Assembly: GCA_038230375.1 (NCBI GenBank)
Contig: JBBRNJ010000029.1
Span: 30,026-94,025, forward strand
DNA: 64,000 nucleotides
Direction: 5' to 3'
From: Polyangiales bacterium
GTDB lineage: Bacteria; Myxococcota_A; Polyangia; Polyangiales; Polyangiaceae
How positions within the stretch are numbered: the stretch's first letter is position 1; the number at the start of each line of letters is the position of its first letter. A program made the position numbers and the translations under genes. Below the pieces are notes generated by a model. That model had not been told where the DNA came from. It saw only the letters and a program-made list of their open reading frames with translations, and searched no databases. Shown here piece after piece: positions 30,862 to 39,728 of this stretch.

Positions 30862-31692
30862 ATGCGCTGGTCCTGGGCACTGGTTCTGGTGTGGGCGTGC
30901 AGCCAGCGCCCAGCGCCGTCATCGGAGGTGCCGCCTCCGAAGACGCCCGCGCCCGAGAGCACCGCACACACCACGAGCAAGAGCACGAGCACGACGAGCG
31001 CGGCGGAAGCACTCCCCATCCCTGCGCGCTCGCAAGCACCCGAGTCGCCGCCGGCAGGATGGTGTGGTGAGACCGCGCTTCAGGAGGCGCTGCTTCACCT
31101 GGGCATGTGGGCGCCGCAGCGGCTCATCAACCAGGCAGGCAAGCCCGCGCATCCGGATCTGTACTCGACCGACATCCCTGTCGCGCTCGCGGCGCTCGGC
31201 GTTCGCCACACGTTCTACTCGGCGCAAAAGCGCGGCTTCGCACCATTCACGGCGTGGGTGGGAGGCGCGCTGGACGAAGGCGATCCGGTGCTCGCGGGCG
31301 TGAAGGTGCTGCCCACGCAGCATCCGGAGTGGGGGCTCGACCACTTCGTGCTGGTGGTGGGTCACGGCGAGAAGGGGCTGCTCGTCAACACCACGTGGGG
31401 TGATCGCCGCTGGGTGGGAGACACGGAGACGCCGGGTCTGTCGTTCAAGAACGCGGTGTATGCGATTCGCCTGCTGGGCCTGTCGCTGCCAACGAATGCA
31501 GTGCCCGCGCGGATCTTGCTGCTGGAGGAGACGGCGAGCGTCGTCAAGCTGCGCGTCACGTGCACAGGCGCGAGCAACGTCGTGGAAGATCTGTCGGTCC
31601 CCGCCGCCGAGATCGCCCAGTTCCAGTGTGTCCGCGAGGAAGGCGCCGCCGCTCAGTTGAGCGTGGAGCGCTCGGCCTTGCGCAAGCGATGA
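30862..31692 (+). CDS. peptidase C39-like (papain-fold) exported protein
   Basis: GWCGETAL (Cys), DHFVLVVG (His), NTTWG. Confidence 0.65.
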   Translation: MRWSWALVLVWACSQRPAPSSEVPPPKTPAPESTAHTTSKSTSTTSAAEALPIPARSQAPESPPAGWCGETALQEALLHLGMWAPQRLINQAGKPAHPDLYSTDIPVALAALGVRHTFYSAQKRGFAPFTAWVGGALDEGDPVLAGVKVLPTQHPEWGLDHFVLVVGHGEKGLLVNTTWGDRRWVGDTETPGLSFKNAVYAIRLLGLSLPTNAVPARILLLEETASVVKLRVTCTGASNVVEDLSVPAAEIAQFQCVREEGAAAQLSVERSALRKR

Positions 31693-32321
31693 TGCTGGAT
31701 CGCGATGGCAGCCGTCACCTCGCGCACGCGCACGCGCACGTCGAGCGTTTCGAGGATGCGCTGGCGCTCGGCGCCCTCCGCCACCATGTGGTGTGCGCAG
31801 AGATCGGCCAGCTCACCGGGTGAGATCCCCTTCGGAAGCTCGAACCGGAAGCTGCCCTCGCGCCTGGCGACCTCTCCTGCAAACGCGGTCGCCTCGGACA
31901 TGAGCGCCGTGGTCTCGACGGCGGGCACGCTCACCGCCACGTCCGAGAGAACAACGCCGTGCGCACAGCGATACGGTTTCTGCGACGGGATCTCCGTGAG
32001 GCGCACGCGCGCGACGCCTCGCAGAAGCAGGTTCGAGCGGCCGTCCGACATGCGATGGTGCTCGGTGATGAGCCCGACGCCGGCCACGCCCGCGAAGAGC
32101 GGCTGACCGCTCGCGTCCGTGATGGATGGGTCGCCGAGCATGGCCATGACGATGAGCTTGTTGGATGCGAGAGCGTCTCGCAGCATCGCCCGATAGCGCG
32201 GCTCGAAGACGTGGAGGGGCATGACCGCGCCCGGAAAAAGAACAGCGTCGGGAAGCGGGAAGACCGGTACGTCCTGGAGGGCAGACTCCAGATCGAGATG
32301 CGTATCCATCGTGTCAGCCAC
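31653..32321 (-). CDS. LON peptidase substrate-binding domain protein (no ATPase or protease domain)
   Basis: PVFPL..VLFPG..PLHVFEPRYRAML, DGRSNLLLRG. Confidence 0.9.
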   Translation of the reverse strand: MADTMDTHLDLESALQDVPVFPLPDAVLFPGAVMPLHVFEPRYRAMLRDALASNKLIVMAMLGDPSITDASGQPLFAGVAGVGLITEHHRMSDGRSNLLLRGVARVRLTEIPSQKPYRCAHGVVLSDVAVSVPAVETTALMSEATAFAGEVARREGSFRFELPKGISPGELADLCAHHMVAEGAERQRILETLDVRVRVREVTAAIAIQHHRLRKAERSTLN

Positions 32322-32353
32322 CCTGTGAGTGTAGACGACCTTCGCGCGGGGAG

Positions 32354-32866
32354 GTGAGGAAGCACACCCAAGACCATCTGCGGAGCGCGGGTCAGAACGT
32401 GGTGAGAGCGCGGGCGTTCCAATCGGGTGGTGGCGCGCGTCAGCGAGGCGCCGCTCGTGTGGGCCTCGGCACCGGCCCCGCGTGGGCGGTCGTCTCGCTC
32501 GTCACGATGGTGGTGCTCTTCTACACGCTGGCGCCTGCGCACGCTGCGGAGCTCCAGAGGGTGAGCCTTGGTCCCGGGCCGGACATGATCGACGCGCCCA
32601 TGGTGGAGGTGAACGGCAAGGTTGTCACCGTTGATGGCACGGAGGTGAAGCTGTCCGCATGGAACCCGCATGCGGTCACGCCGATGGATCCGCTCCAGAC
32701 ACGCCTGCGCGAATGGCGTGAGCGGATCGCCACCTACGGCCTCGCGCAGCCTCCGTCGCCGGCCATCGTCTACCGGCTAGCACCCGACACCCCCGCAGCG
32801 GCACTGCAGAGCGTCGACGACGCTGCACGCGCCGAAGGCTTCACCGAGCCGTACTTCCTGCGGTGA
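32354..32866 (+). CDS. ExbD/TolR-like membrane-anchored protein
   Basis: One TM segment; C-terminal YRLAPDTP...AARAEGF resembles the ExbD C-domain; start uncertain. Confidence 0.4.
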   Translation: MRKHTQDHLRSAGQNVVRARAFQSGGGARQRGAARVGLGTGPAWAVVSLVTMVVLFYTLAPAHAAELQRVSLGPGPDMIDAPMVEVNGKVVTVDGTEVKLSAWNPHAVTPMDPLQTRLREWRERIATYGLAQPPSPAIVYRLAPDTPAAALQSVDDAARAEGFTEPYFLR

Positions 32867-32897
32867 CTCCGCGGCTCGGTCCTCGCGCGCGCTCGCT

Positions 32898-34169
32898 CTA
32901 CTTCGGCGCCACCAGGATCGGCCAGTAGTGCTCCACCTTGCCCTGGGTGGAGCGCAATGCGACGACGGCCGCGCGGTCGCCCGTGTTGAGCTGCTGCGGC
33001 TGCGACAACAGCTTCAGCGTGACCGTCACCGGTAGACCGTTCCTCACGGTGCTCTGGTCCACGGTCGCCTCCACGACGGCTGGCTTGCCGTAGAGCGACG
33101 CCAGGTCGAGCGCGTCGAGCGTGAACTCGCCCACGCCCTTCTCCGAGAACGGCATCACGTTGATCGTCACCGACTGGCCGACGGCGACCTTCACGCGCGA
33201 CTTCTCCGGCGAGGCGTTGAAGTACAGCTCACCCGGGGTGTTCGGCACGCACGGATTCTTGCCGGCCTTCCCGGACGCGTTCGAGTAGCCCCGCTGCACC
33301 TTGTATTTTCCGACCAGCGTCGTGGGCTCGAAGTCGCAGAGGTCACCGACCTCGGAGTAGAAGAAGGCGCCCCACGCGGGGTCGTCCACGGTGTAGCCGT
33401 AGCCATCGGGATCCGTTGCGGCCTCGATCCACTCGTGCGCGGCCGTGAGCGTCACCTCACCAATGTCCGCCGAGCAGCGCCCGACCACGGCGTATGCGAC
33501 CTGCGGCATCGCGCCGCCATCGAGCGAGCCCGCGTCAACGGTGCCGTCCGGCAGGTTGCCGGAGAGCGAGTGGTATCCGTCGAACGCCACGCACTCCTCG
33601 AACCCTGGCTCGCCGAGCTTCACGGAGGCCGGGAAGAAGAACGTGTAGATTACATTCGCCGACGGCGCGGGAACCTTTTTATCGGCGATGAGCTGATAGA
33701 GGTAGCCCTCCACCTGCGCGAGCGTGAGCGACGTAGGCGCGGTCGGCAGGCTCACGTGCGCGGCCACCGCCAGCGGTCCGATGCAGTCGCCACCGCCGGT
33801 GCAGTACTCGTGCGTGGTCGCGGTCCACCATTCGCTGCCGACCATCGCGTCCGTGAACGCCTGCAGGTCGGCCTTCGCGCTGTCCGTGTCGTACGTGATC
33901 GTCACGATCTGCGGATGCGCGATGACGTGTGCAGGCTCGCCGGGCTGCGGCACCACCTGCGGGATCGGCGCGTGAGGCGCGGGGAAGATGTCGAGGTAGC
34001 GTCCGTCAGGGCCGCCGTCGACCGGTGCGTCCGTGGTCGCGCCGTCGGTGACCCCCGTGTCGGCGCCCGCATCGTCGCTCTGAACGGCTGCCGAAGAGGA
34101 ACACGAGGAGAGCGCGGACAGCGCCACAAGGACGGAGGAGGCTACAGCCACCACGAGGATCGAACGCAT
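32898..34169 (-). CDS. lipoprotein with HExxE motif
   Basis: LSSC lipobox, DGYH, AHEWIEAATDP, EVGDLC. Confidence 0.7.
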   Translation of the reverse strand: MRSILVVAVASSVLVALSALSSCSSSAAVQSDDAGADTGVTDGATTDAPVDGGPDGRYLDIFPAPHAPIPQVVPQPGEPAHVIAHPQIVTITYDTDSAKADLQAFTDAMVGSEWWTATTHEYCTGGGDCIGPLAVAAHVSLPTAPTSLTLAQVEGYLYQLIADKKVPAPSANVIYTFFFPASVKLGEPGFEECVAFDGYHSLSGNLPDGTVDAGSLDGGAMPQVAYAVVGRCSADIGEVTLTAAHEWIEAATDPDGYGYTVDDPAWGAFFYSEVGDLCDFEPTTLVGKYKVQRGYSNASGKAGKNPCVPNTPGELYFNASPEKSRVKVAVGQSVTINVMPFSEKGVGEFTLDALDLASLYGKPAVVEATVDQSTVRNGLPVTVTLKLLSQPQQLNTGDRAAVVALRSTQGKVEHYWPILVAPK

Positions 34170-34338
34170 GAGCGCGCGCTACGCAAGAAGCGTTCCCCCT
34201 CCGTGCTGCTCGTTTTCTCGCGGAAACGCGCTGGAGCTCGCACGCTGTCATGACAGTAACGCCATGCTCAGGCGAAAAGGCACGGTTCGGCGCTCGTGAA
34301 GGACGACTGTGATCCGTGAGGCTCGCGACGCTCCGCTC

Positions 34339-36150
34339 TCAGGCCTCGCGGCGATCGACGATCCGGAGGCGGCGCTGCGCGTCCATGAGCTGCGGATCGA
34401 GCGCCACCGCGCGCGATAGATAGCGTTGGGCGATGGGCTTCTGGCCGTCCTCCTGCGCGACCGCACCGGCAACGTAGTGCGCAAACGCGGAGTTGGGATC
34501 CGCTGCGATGGCCGCCAGCGCGAGGCGCCATGCCTCTCCGCGATCACCCACCTGCATGGGCGCGCCCTTCTGCAGGATGTGGTTCCAGCGCGAATACAGC
34601 TTGTACTCGGCGGACTGCGGGAGAAGGTCCGAAGCGCGCGTGAAGCCCTGCGCGGCATCGCTGTACCGGAAGGCTTTGAAGTGGACGAGCGCGCCCTGGA
34701 ACTCGTTCTCTGCAGAGGCCTTCACCTCCTCCGAAGTCACTGCGGGCATGTTCCGGCGAGAGCCGGAACGCTTCACGTCGAGCGCCTTCATCACCGCCGA
34801 GGTGCGCTGCGGCGCGGGGTTCGACGGAGGCGCCGCAGGGATGCGGTCCGAAGGGGGCGCGGGGTTCGACGGAGGCGCCGCGGGGATGCGGCCAGCAGAG
34901 GGCGGAGCCGTGGGAATGTTTCTCTGCGACGGGGGCGGCGCGGCCGTGGGAATGCGGCTCTGCGACGGGGGCGGCCCGATTGGAATGCGGCTCTGCGAGG
35001 TCGGGGCGGTTGCGGGGAGGGTGCGGCTCGGCGTTTGAATCGGCGGTGCGGCGGCAGTGGGCTTGAGCACGTCGGGCTGCGTCGCGGGACGACCTCCCCA
35101 CCAACCGGTGCGCACTGACTGGGGCCCGCCGTCTTCTTCTTCGAGCGTTGGAGCGACCCTCGGCGGCGGCGCCGTCGTGGCGTCGTGCGTGGAGGATGCG
35201 AACTTGGCTGCATTGGCCGGTCGCACGATCGGCCGCGTGAGCGCGCGAGGCGGCGGTGGCAATGGCGTTGGTGTGACTGGCACGCGAGGCTGGGCGGGCG
35301 CAGCGGCGGGCGAAGCGGCGGGCGAAGCAGGTCGTGCAATGGGCGTGATCACGATGGGCGTGTCCGCAGCGCGCGCGGGCGCTTCCGCGTCGGCGACGCC
35401 GAGGACATTCGTGAGGAGGAGGGCGGTGAGCACGGCCGGTCCGTCCACGGCGCCGGACATGGAGAGCACCGCTCCGATCGAGAGCTTGCCGTCGAGCTTC
35501 GCGAGGAACTCGGTCTCTTCGCGGCCCAGCGCAAAACGAGCGGCGATCGACGGCCTGTCCTCTGCGCGGACACCGAGCTTCTGCCCGAGCACCATGAAGA
35601 GGCCGAGCTCGTTCTTGTGGTCGTCGTCGATCCAGCGAACGGCATCGAGCACGAGCTCCTCGATCGACGGTGGCGCGCTGCCGACCGCCGCACGAAGAGC
35701 TGCGCCGGGCGTGCCCGAGGCGAAGCCCATCTCCGACTCCATGTGCGGCGAGAACTGCCACGAGAGCTCGTCGCGACGCTGGAAGATGCGCATCACGCGG
35801 AAGCGAACCTGGTCTCCGAGCGCCTTCACCACCACGGGCGTGGTCAGCATGCCGAGCTCCACCGCGAGCTCGCCAAAACGCAGCTGGCCCGCCGCTGCGG
35901 CGTCGCGTGCCTCCGGGCCCCCCGCCATGCGGGCGATGACGTGCTCGTACTGTGTCTGCGTCAGCTTGCTCTGACGGACGAGCAGAAGCCCGAGTGTCTC
36001 GGCCTGGGCGTCTTCCTCGGCGAAGACGATCTCACCAGCACGCAGCATGATGGACGTGCCGACCTCGCCGCATCGGACCGCGAGCACGCCCGTACGCTGC
36101 TCGACCCGGAGCGCGATCAGATGGCTGATGAGTGTGGCAACATTCCCCAT
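34339..36150 (-). CDS. DUF4388-like N-terminus, Pro-rich linker, C-terminal TPR protein
   Basis: RTGVL...GEIVFA...TLGLLLV...RFGELAVELG; RIP repeats; TPR; start MGNVAT. Confidence 0.7.
   Translation of the reverse strand: MGNVATLISHLIALRVEQRTGVLAVRCGEVGTSIMLRAGEIVFAEEDAQAETLGLLLVRQSKLTQTQYEHVIARMAGGPEARDAAAAGQLRFGELAVELGMLTTPVVVKALGDQVRFRVMRIFQRRDELSWQFSPHMESEMGFASGTPGAALRAAVGSAPPSIEELVLDAVRWIDDDHKNELGLFMVLGQKLGVRAEDRPSIAARFALGREETEFLAKLDGKLSIGAVLSMSGAVDGPAVLTALLLTNVLGVADAEAPARAADTPIVITPIARPASPAASPAAAPAQPRVPVTPTPLPPPPRALTRPIVRPANAAKFASSTHDATTAPPPRVAPTLEEEDGGPQSVRTGWWGGRPATQPDVLKPTAAAPPIQTPSRTLPATAPTSQSRIPIGPPPSQSRIPTAAPPPSQRNIPTAPPSAGRIPAAPPSNPAPPSDRIPAAPPSNPAPQRTSAVMKALDVKRSGSRRNMPAVTSEEVKASAENEFQGALVHFKAFRYSDAAQGFTRASDLLPQSAEYKLYSRWNHILQKGAPMQVGDRGEAWRLALAAIAADPNSAFAHYVAGAVAQEDGQKPIAQRYLSRAVALDPQLMDAQRRLRIVDRREA
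34810..35000 (-). repeat. intragenic imperfect repeats (SQSRIP, RIPAAPPSNPAP)
   Basis: Duplicated GGCGCGGGGTTCGACGGAGGCGCCGC and GGAATGCGGCTCTGCGA. Confidence 0.7.
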
Positions 36151-36249
36151 GCGTGTGCCCGGAATAGTGAGGCACGATCTTGGGCAAAGCGCGGTTGTTT
36201 CGCAAGCCTGCCGTTCGTTAGGGCCAAACCATCCCAAAAGGAGTGGGAT

Positions 36250-36278
36250 GGTGTAGGCGGGAAGCGCCCACTCGTCAA
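36250..36278 (-). promoter_or_regulatory. sigma70-type promoter
   Basis: TTGACG-17nt-TACACC on the minus strand, overlapped by inverted repeat ACCATCCCA/TGGGATGGT (36228-36252). Confidence 0.55.
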
Positions 36279-36289
36279 TCCTTGCGTTG

Positions 36290-36524
36290 TCAGTGCCTGA
36301 TCGGCCTTGGGTACCTGCGACAGGAAGTGAGCCGACGTCGCGATGCCGGACGCCGCACCCAGCAGGCCCGCAGCGAGCGTCAGGATTCCAAGCATCAACG
36401 CCAACCGCGCCAGCTTCTGCTGCGGCCGGAGCGCGTAGAGCACGCACGTTGCGATGAGCGCGAACCCGAAGGCCGCGGTCGGATACATTCCAGATCCACC
36501 TGCCGCAAAGAAGTGATTCCACAT
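36290..36524 (-). pseudogene. probably 3'-truncated small membrane protein (MotA/TolQ/ExbB-like N-terminus)
   Basis: FFAAGG.GMYP plus two TM helices, then an abrupt switch after ADQAL into lower-GC promoter-containing sequence. Confidence 0.45.
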
Positions 36525-36617
36525 GAGCGCAACTCGGCTTTCCGGGGAGTAGAAACCGGCCGGACCAAAAGGTTCGAAATTATTTCAGCCGCCGCGCCCT
36601 ATGATGGGCCGACACCG

Positions 36618-37031
36618 ATGGAGCTCACCATCTCCACGCTCTCTGGCTGGGCGACGATCACACTGATCACCGCGGCCGGGCTCGTGCCGCTCGTGGCGCG
36701 GATGCAGGCAAAGAAGCGCCTGCCTGCGGACTCCGCGCCGACCCGCACGCACGTGCTCCTCGGGATGTGCGTGTGCATCGTGTGCTTCCTGCACACCGGC
36801 GTGGCACTTCCAAACGTGGGCGCGCCTGGCGCCGCTGCCGGGGGGATGCTCGCGATGATCCCGGCGTCGCTGGGCTTTGCGCTGCTCATCGCGCACGCCG
36901 GCCTGGGCCTTCAGCTGCGGCGGCCCAAGCTGAAGGACCGCATCAGGAAGCGGCGCATGCACACGGTCACGGCGTCGGTGATCTTCCTGGCTGCGTGTAC
37001 GCATGTCGCCGCGATCATGACGGCGAAGTAG
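36618..37031 (+). CDS. four-TM membrane protein with several His residues
   Basis: Four hydrophobic segments, His residues in or beside them. Confidence 0.6.
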   Translation: MELTISTLSGWATITLITAAGLVPLVARMQAKKRLPADSAPTRTHVLLGMCVCIVCFLHTGVALPNVGAPGAAAGGMLAMIPASLGFALLIAHAGLGLQLRRPKLKDRIRKRRMHTVTASVIFLAACTHVAAIMTAK

Positions 37032-37063
37032 CGAAGTAGCGCCCCGGTCGTGCGCCCGTCACA

Positions 37064-37789
37064 TCACCCGCCGTACTTGACGGAGCAGCCGTACGCACGC
37101 GACGAGGGCGTCTTCACCGGGCGATTCGCGGCGAGATCGGCGAGCGCTGCGTCCACGTAGTTCACGAGCGTGCCCCCTTGCGGCGACTCACCCTCGGCAT
37201 CGGGCGAATTGTCGATCGCGCCCGCGTAGACCAGCGTGCCGTCCTTGCCGATGACGAACATCTGCGGCGTGTTCGTGGCGCCGTACTGATGGCCAACAGC
37301 GCCGGAAGGGTCGCGCAGGATGGGATGCTCCAGACCGAAGCGCTTCTTCTTCTCCACGTTGTCCGCGACCTCGTATCCTTGCTTGCCCGGCGCACCCGAG
37401 TTGATGGCGAGCCACGCCACGCCATTGGCGGCGTGCTTCTTCGCGAGCCCGACCAGCCCGCCCTTCTCGTGCGACTTGTTGACGAACGGGCACCCGGGAT
37501 TCCACCACTCGAGCACCACGACCTTGCCGCGAAGCGACGCGAGCGACACGTCCTTGCCCTCTGTGTCAGGGAGCGTGAAGTCCGGCGCGGGCTTGCCCAC
37601 CTCCGCGCGCGCATCCGTGCCCGTGGTCGCGGAGCCCTTGGCCGTGGCGGACGGCGCGACCGGAGACGGAACACCCGCGCCGTTTGACCCGGGCGTGTTC
37701 GGCGGCGGCGGAGCCGGATCCTTGTTGCACCCCGGCAGCAGGACGAAGAAGAGCGAGACGACGGCGAGCCGGGCTGAACGCAGGAGCAT
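37064..37789 (-). CDS. redoxin/AhpC-TSA family thioredoxin-fold lipoprotein
   Basis: APDFTLPD, EWWNPGCPFV, YGATNTP, YAGAID, YGCSVKY. Confidence 0.88.
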   Translation of the reverse strand: MLLRSARLAVVSLFFVLLPGCNKDPAPPPPNTPGSNGAGVPSPVAPSATAKGSATTGTDARAEVGKPAPDFTLPDTEGKDVSLASLRGKVVVLEWWNPGCPFVNKSHEKGGLVGLAKKHAANGVAWLAINSGAPGKQGYEVADNVEKKKRFGLEHPILRDPSGAVGHQYGATNTPQMFVIGKDGTLVYAGAIDNSPDAEGESPQGGTLVNYVDAALADLAANRPVKTPSSRAYGCSVKYGG

Positions 37790-37857
37790 GACCACGGATG
37801 GTAGCGTGGGAAGGTCGACTTCCATGGCCGGAAACGAGTATTCTCGGCGACGAATCG

Positions 37858-38868
37858 ATGATGAAGAGAGCTCTTGCATCGCTGGCTTTGTTTGCATGTA
37901 TTTTACATGTGTTTTCCGCGCAGGCGGCGGACCCCGTGGTGAGCGACGAGGCACGCTCCCACTTCACCGCGGGCGTGAATCTCCTGCAGGACCCCGAGGG
38001 CGCTCGCGTCGAGGAGGCCTACCGCGAGTTCAAGACCGCGTACGCGATGAGCAGCTCGCCGAAGATCCTCGGCAACATGGGCTACTGCGCGATGAAGCTC
38101 GAGCGCGACGCGGAGGCGGTCGACGCGTACGCCCGCTACCTGCGCGAGGTGCCCGACGTGGACGCCGAGGAGCGCGCGCAGATCGTACGCGACCTGCAGA
38201 CGCTGAGCGTCGGCATCGTGCGCGTCAACGTCACGGTCTCGGAGCCCGGTGCGCTCGTCGGCGACGTGCGCATTCCCGTCCGCGGCGACAAGATAACGAA
38301 CGTGTACACGCCGGAGCACGGCAAGCTGGCGCTCGGTGTGCGCGCAGGCCATCACGTGTTCACCGTGCGGGCCCCTGGCTTCCAGGAGGCAACGTGGGAG
38401 CTCGACGCGCTGGCCGGTGCGCGTGAGGAGCATGCTTTCGTTCTGAAGAAGGTGGAGGCGCCGCCTCCCGGACCGGGCGGGGCCGCAACGCCCGCGGAGA
38501 AGAAGGGCCCGGGGATCCTGCCGTGGATCGTGACGGGCGTTGGCGTTGCCGCGCTTGGCACGGGCACCGTGACAGGCATCGTCGCGCTCAACAAGACGAA
38601 GGACATCCAGAGCTCGTGCCCTGGCAATGTCTGCCCGCGCCGCTTCGACCTGGACAGCAAGCGCTCGCAGGCAAGCACGTTCGTCACCATGACCGACGTG
38701 CTCATCATCAGCGGTAGCGTGCTCACCGCCGGCGGGCTCACGTGGTGGTTCCTCACGCGAACGCCAGACGAAGCGCAGCCAGCGCCCACCACTGCACCAG
38801 GCGTCACCAGTGCCTCTGCCATGTGCCTGAAGGACAGCTGCTTCGGCAGCGCAACGGTGAGCTTCTGA
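37858..38868 (+). CDS. secreted TPR / PEGA-like protein with C-terminal hydrophobic hairpin
   Basis: Signal AQA, TPR helices, beta domain, hydrophobic segments flanking CPGNVC. Confidence 0.72.
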   Translation: MMKRALASLALFACILHVFSAQAADPVVSDEARSHFTAGVNLLQDPEGARVEEAYREFKTAYAMSSSPKILGNMGYCAMKLERDAEAVDAYARYLREVPDVDAEERAQIVRDLQTLSVGIVRVNVTVSEPGALVGDVRIPVRGDKITNVYTPEHGKLALGVRAGHHVFTVRAPGFQEATWELDALAGAREEHAFVLKKVEAPPPGPGGAATPAEKKGPGILPWIVTGVGVAALGTGTVTGIVALNKTKDIQSSCPGNVCPRRFDLDSKRSQASTFVTMTDVLIISGSVLTAGGLTWWFLTRTPDEAQPAPTTAPGVTSASAMCLKDSCFGSATVSF

Positions 38869-39668
38869 TGCGTCGCATCGTTCCCTTCCTCGTGCTCGTC
38901 TCTCTCACTGGCTGCGTGGCCGTGACCAACCTGGACAGCTTCAAACGGCGCCCGGCCACGAACCCCGCCTTCCACGACGTGGAGTTCTCCGTCGCGGGCA
39001 TGACGTCGCACGTGAAGGAGTACTTCGAGGCACGCATCGTGGACGAGTCCGGCGTCACCCAGACGCGCCTCGTGTCCGAGGTGCTCGGCGGCGAGGCCGA
39101 AGCATTCACGATCCCGGCAGCCGCGCCCGTGAGCTCCGCCCTGCGCATCGAGTTCTACGCGGACCACAACCATGATGGCGTCTTCAGCCTTGCGCCCACA
39201 CCCAGCGATCACAGCTGGATCGTTGCCATCAACGGCTTCGCGCCGGACCCGCTGGATGACGTCGTCCGCATCCCGTTCGCGCACAACACATCGTTCCAGA
39301 CCATGGACACGGAGAAGACGTTCGGCACGGACGCGATCATCCACGTGGTGAATGCCGGCTCGCTCAGCGGCAAGCGCATCCAGCTGCGCGTGGCAGACGC
39401 CAGCTCCAGGCACACCGTGGGTCTCTATCGCGTGCCGGTCATCGCGAAGGCGGCGTTCGACGCGCAGATCCGCTCGATCATCGATCCTGCAGAGGGCACC
39501 CGCTACCAGCTCGAGGTCTCCATCGACGACGGCTCGGGCAACGGCATCCAGGGATTCCGGGACTTCGGGACCTCGACCGGAGCGAGCCCGGGCCTGCAAA
39601 TGACCTTCGATCCTGCGGCCACACCGGCGGCGTCGGATGTCCTACCTGCCCAGGAACCTGCCCACTGA
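38868..39668 (+). CDS. hypothetical lipoprotein
   Basis: LTGC lipobox; TGATG coupling with upstream gene. Confidence 0.7.
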   Translation: MRRIVPFLVLVSLTGCVAVTNLDSFKRRPATNPAFHDVEFSVAGMTSHVKEYFEARIVDESGVTQTRLVSEVLGGEAEAFTIPAAAPVSSALRIEFYADHNHDGVFSLAPTPSDHSWIVAINGFAPDPLDDVVRIPFAHNTSFQTMDTEKTFGTDAIIHVVNAGSLSGKRIQLRVADASSRHTVGLYRVPVIAKAAFDAQIRSIIDPAEGTRYQLEVSIDDGSGNGIQGFRDFGTSTGASPGLQMTFDPAATPAASDVLPAQEPAH

Positions 39669-39728
39669 CAGCCCTTGATGGGGACTCTTCTTGTTGACCT
39701 CTCCTGGGTGTAGTCTAGGAGTGGCATC

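Noticed and set aside
36151..36522. N-terminal extension of the 727-aa ORF 34339..36522
   Set aside because: Overlaps another ORF and a promoter; recognisable domain starts at MGNVAT (36150)
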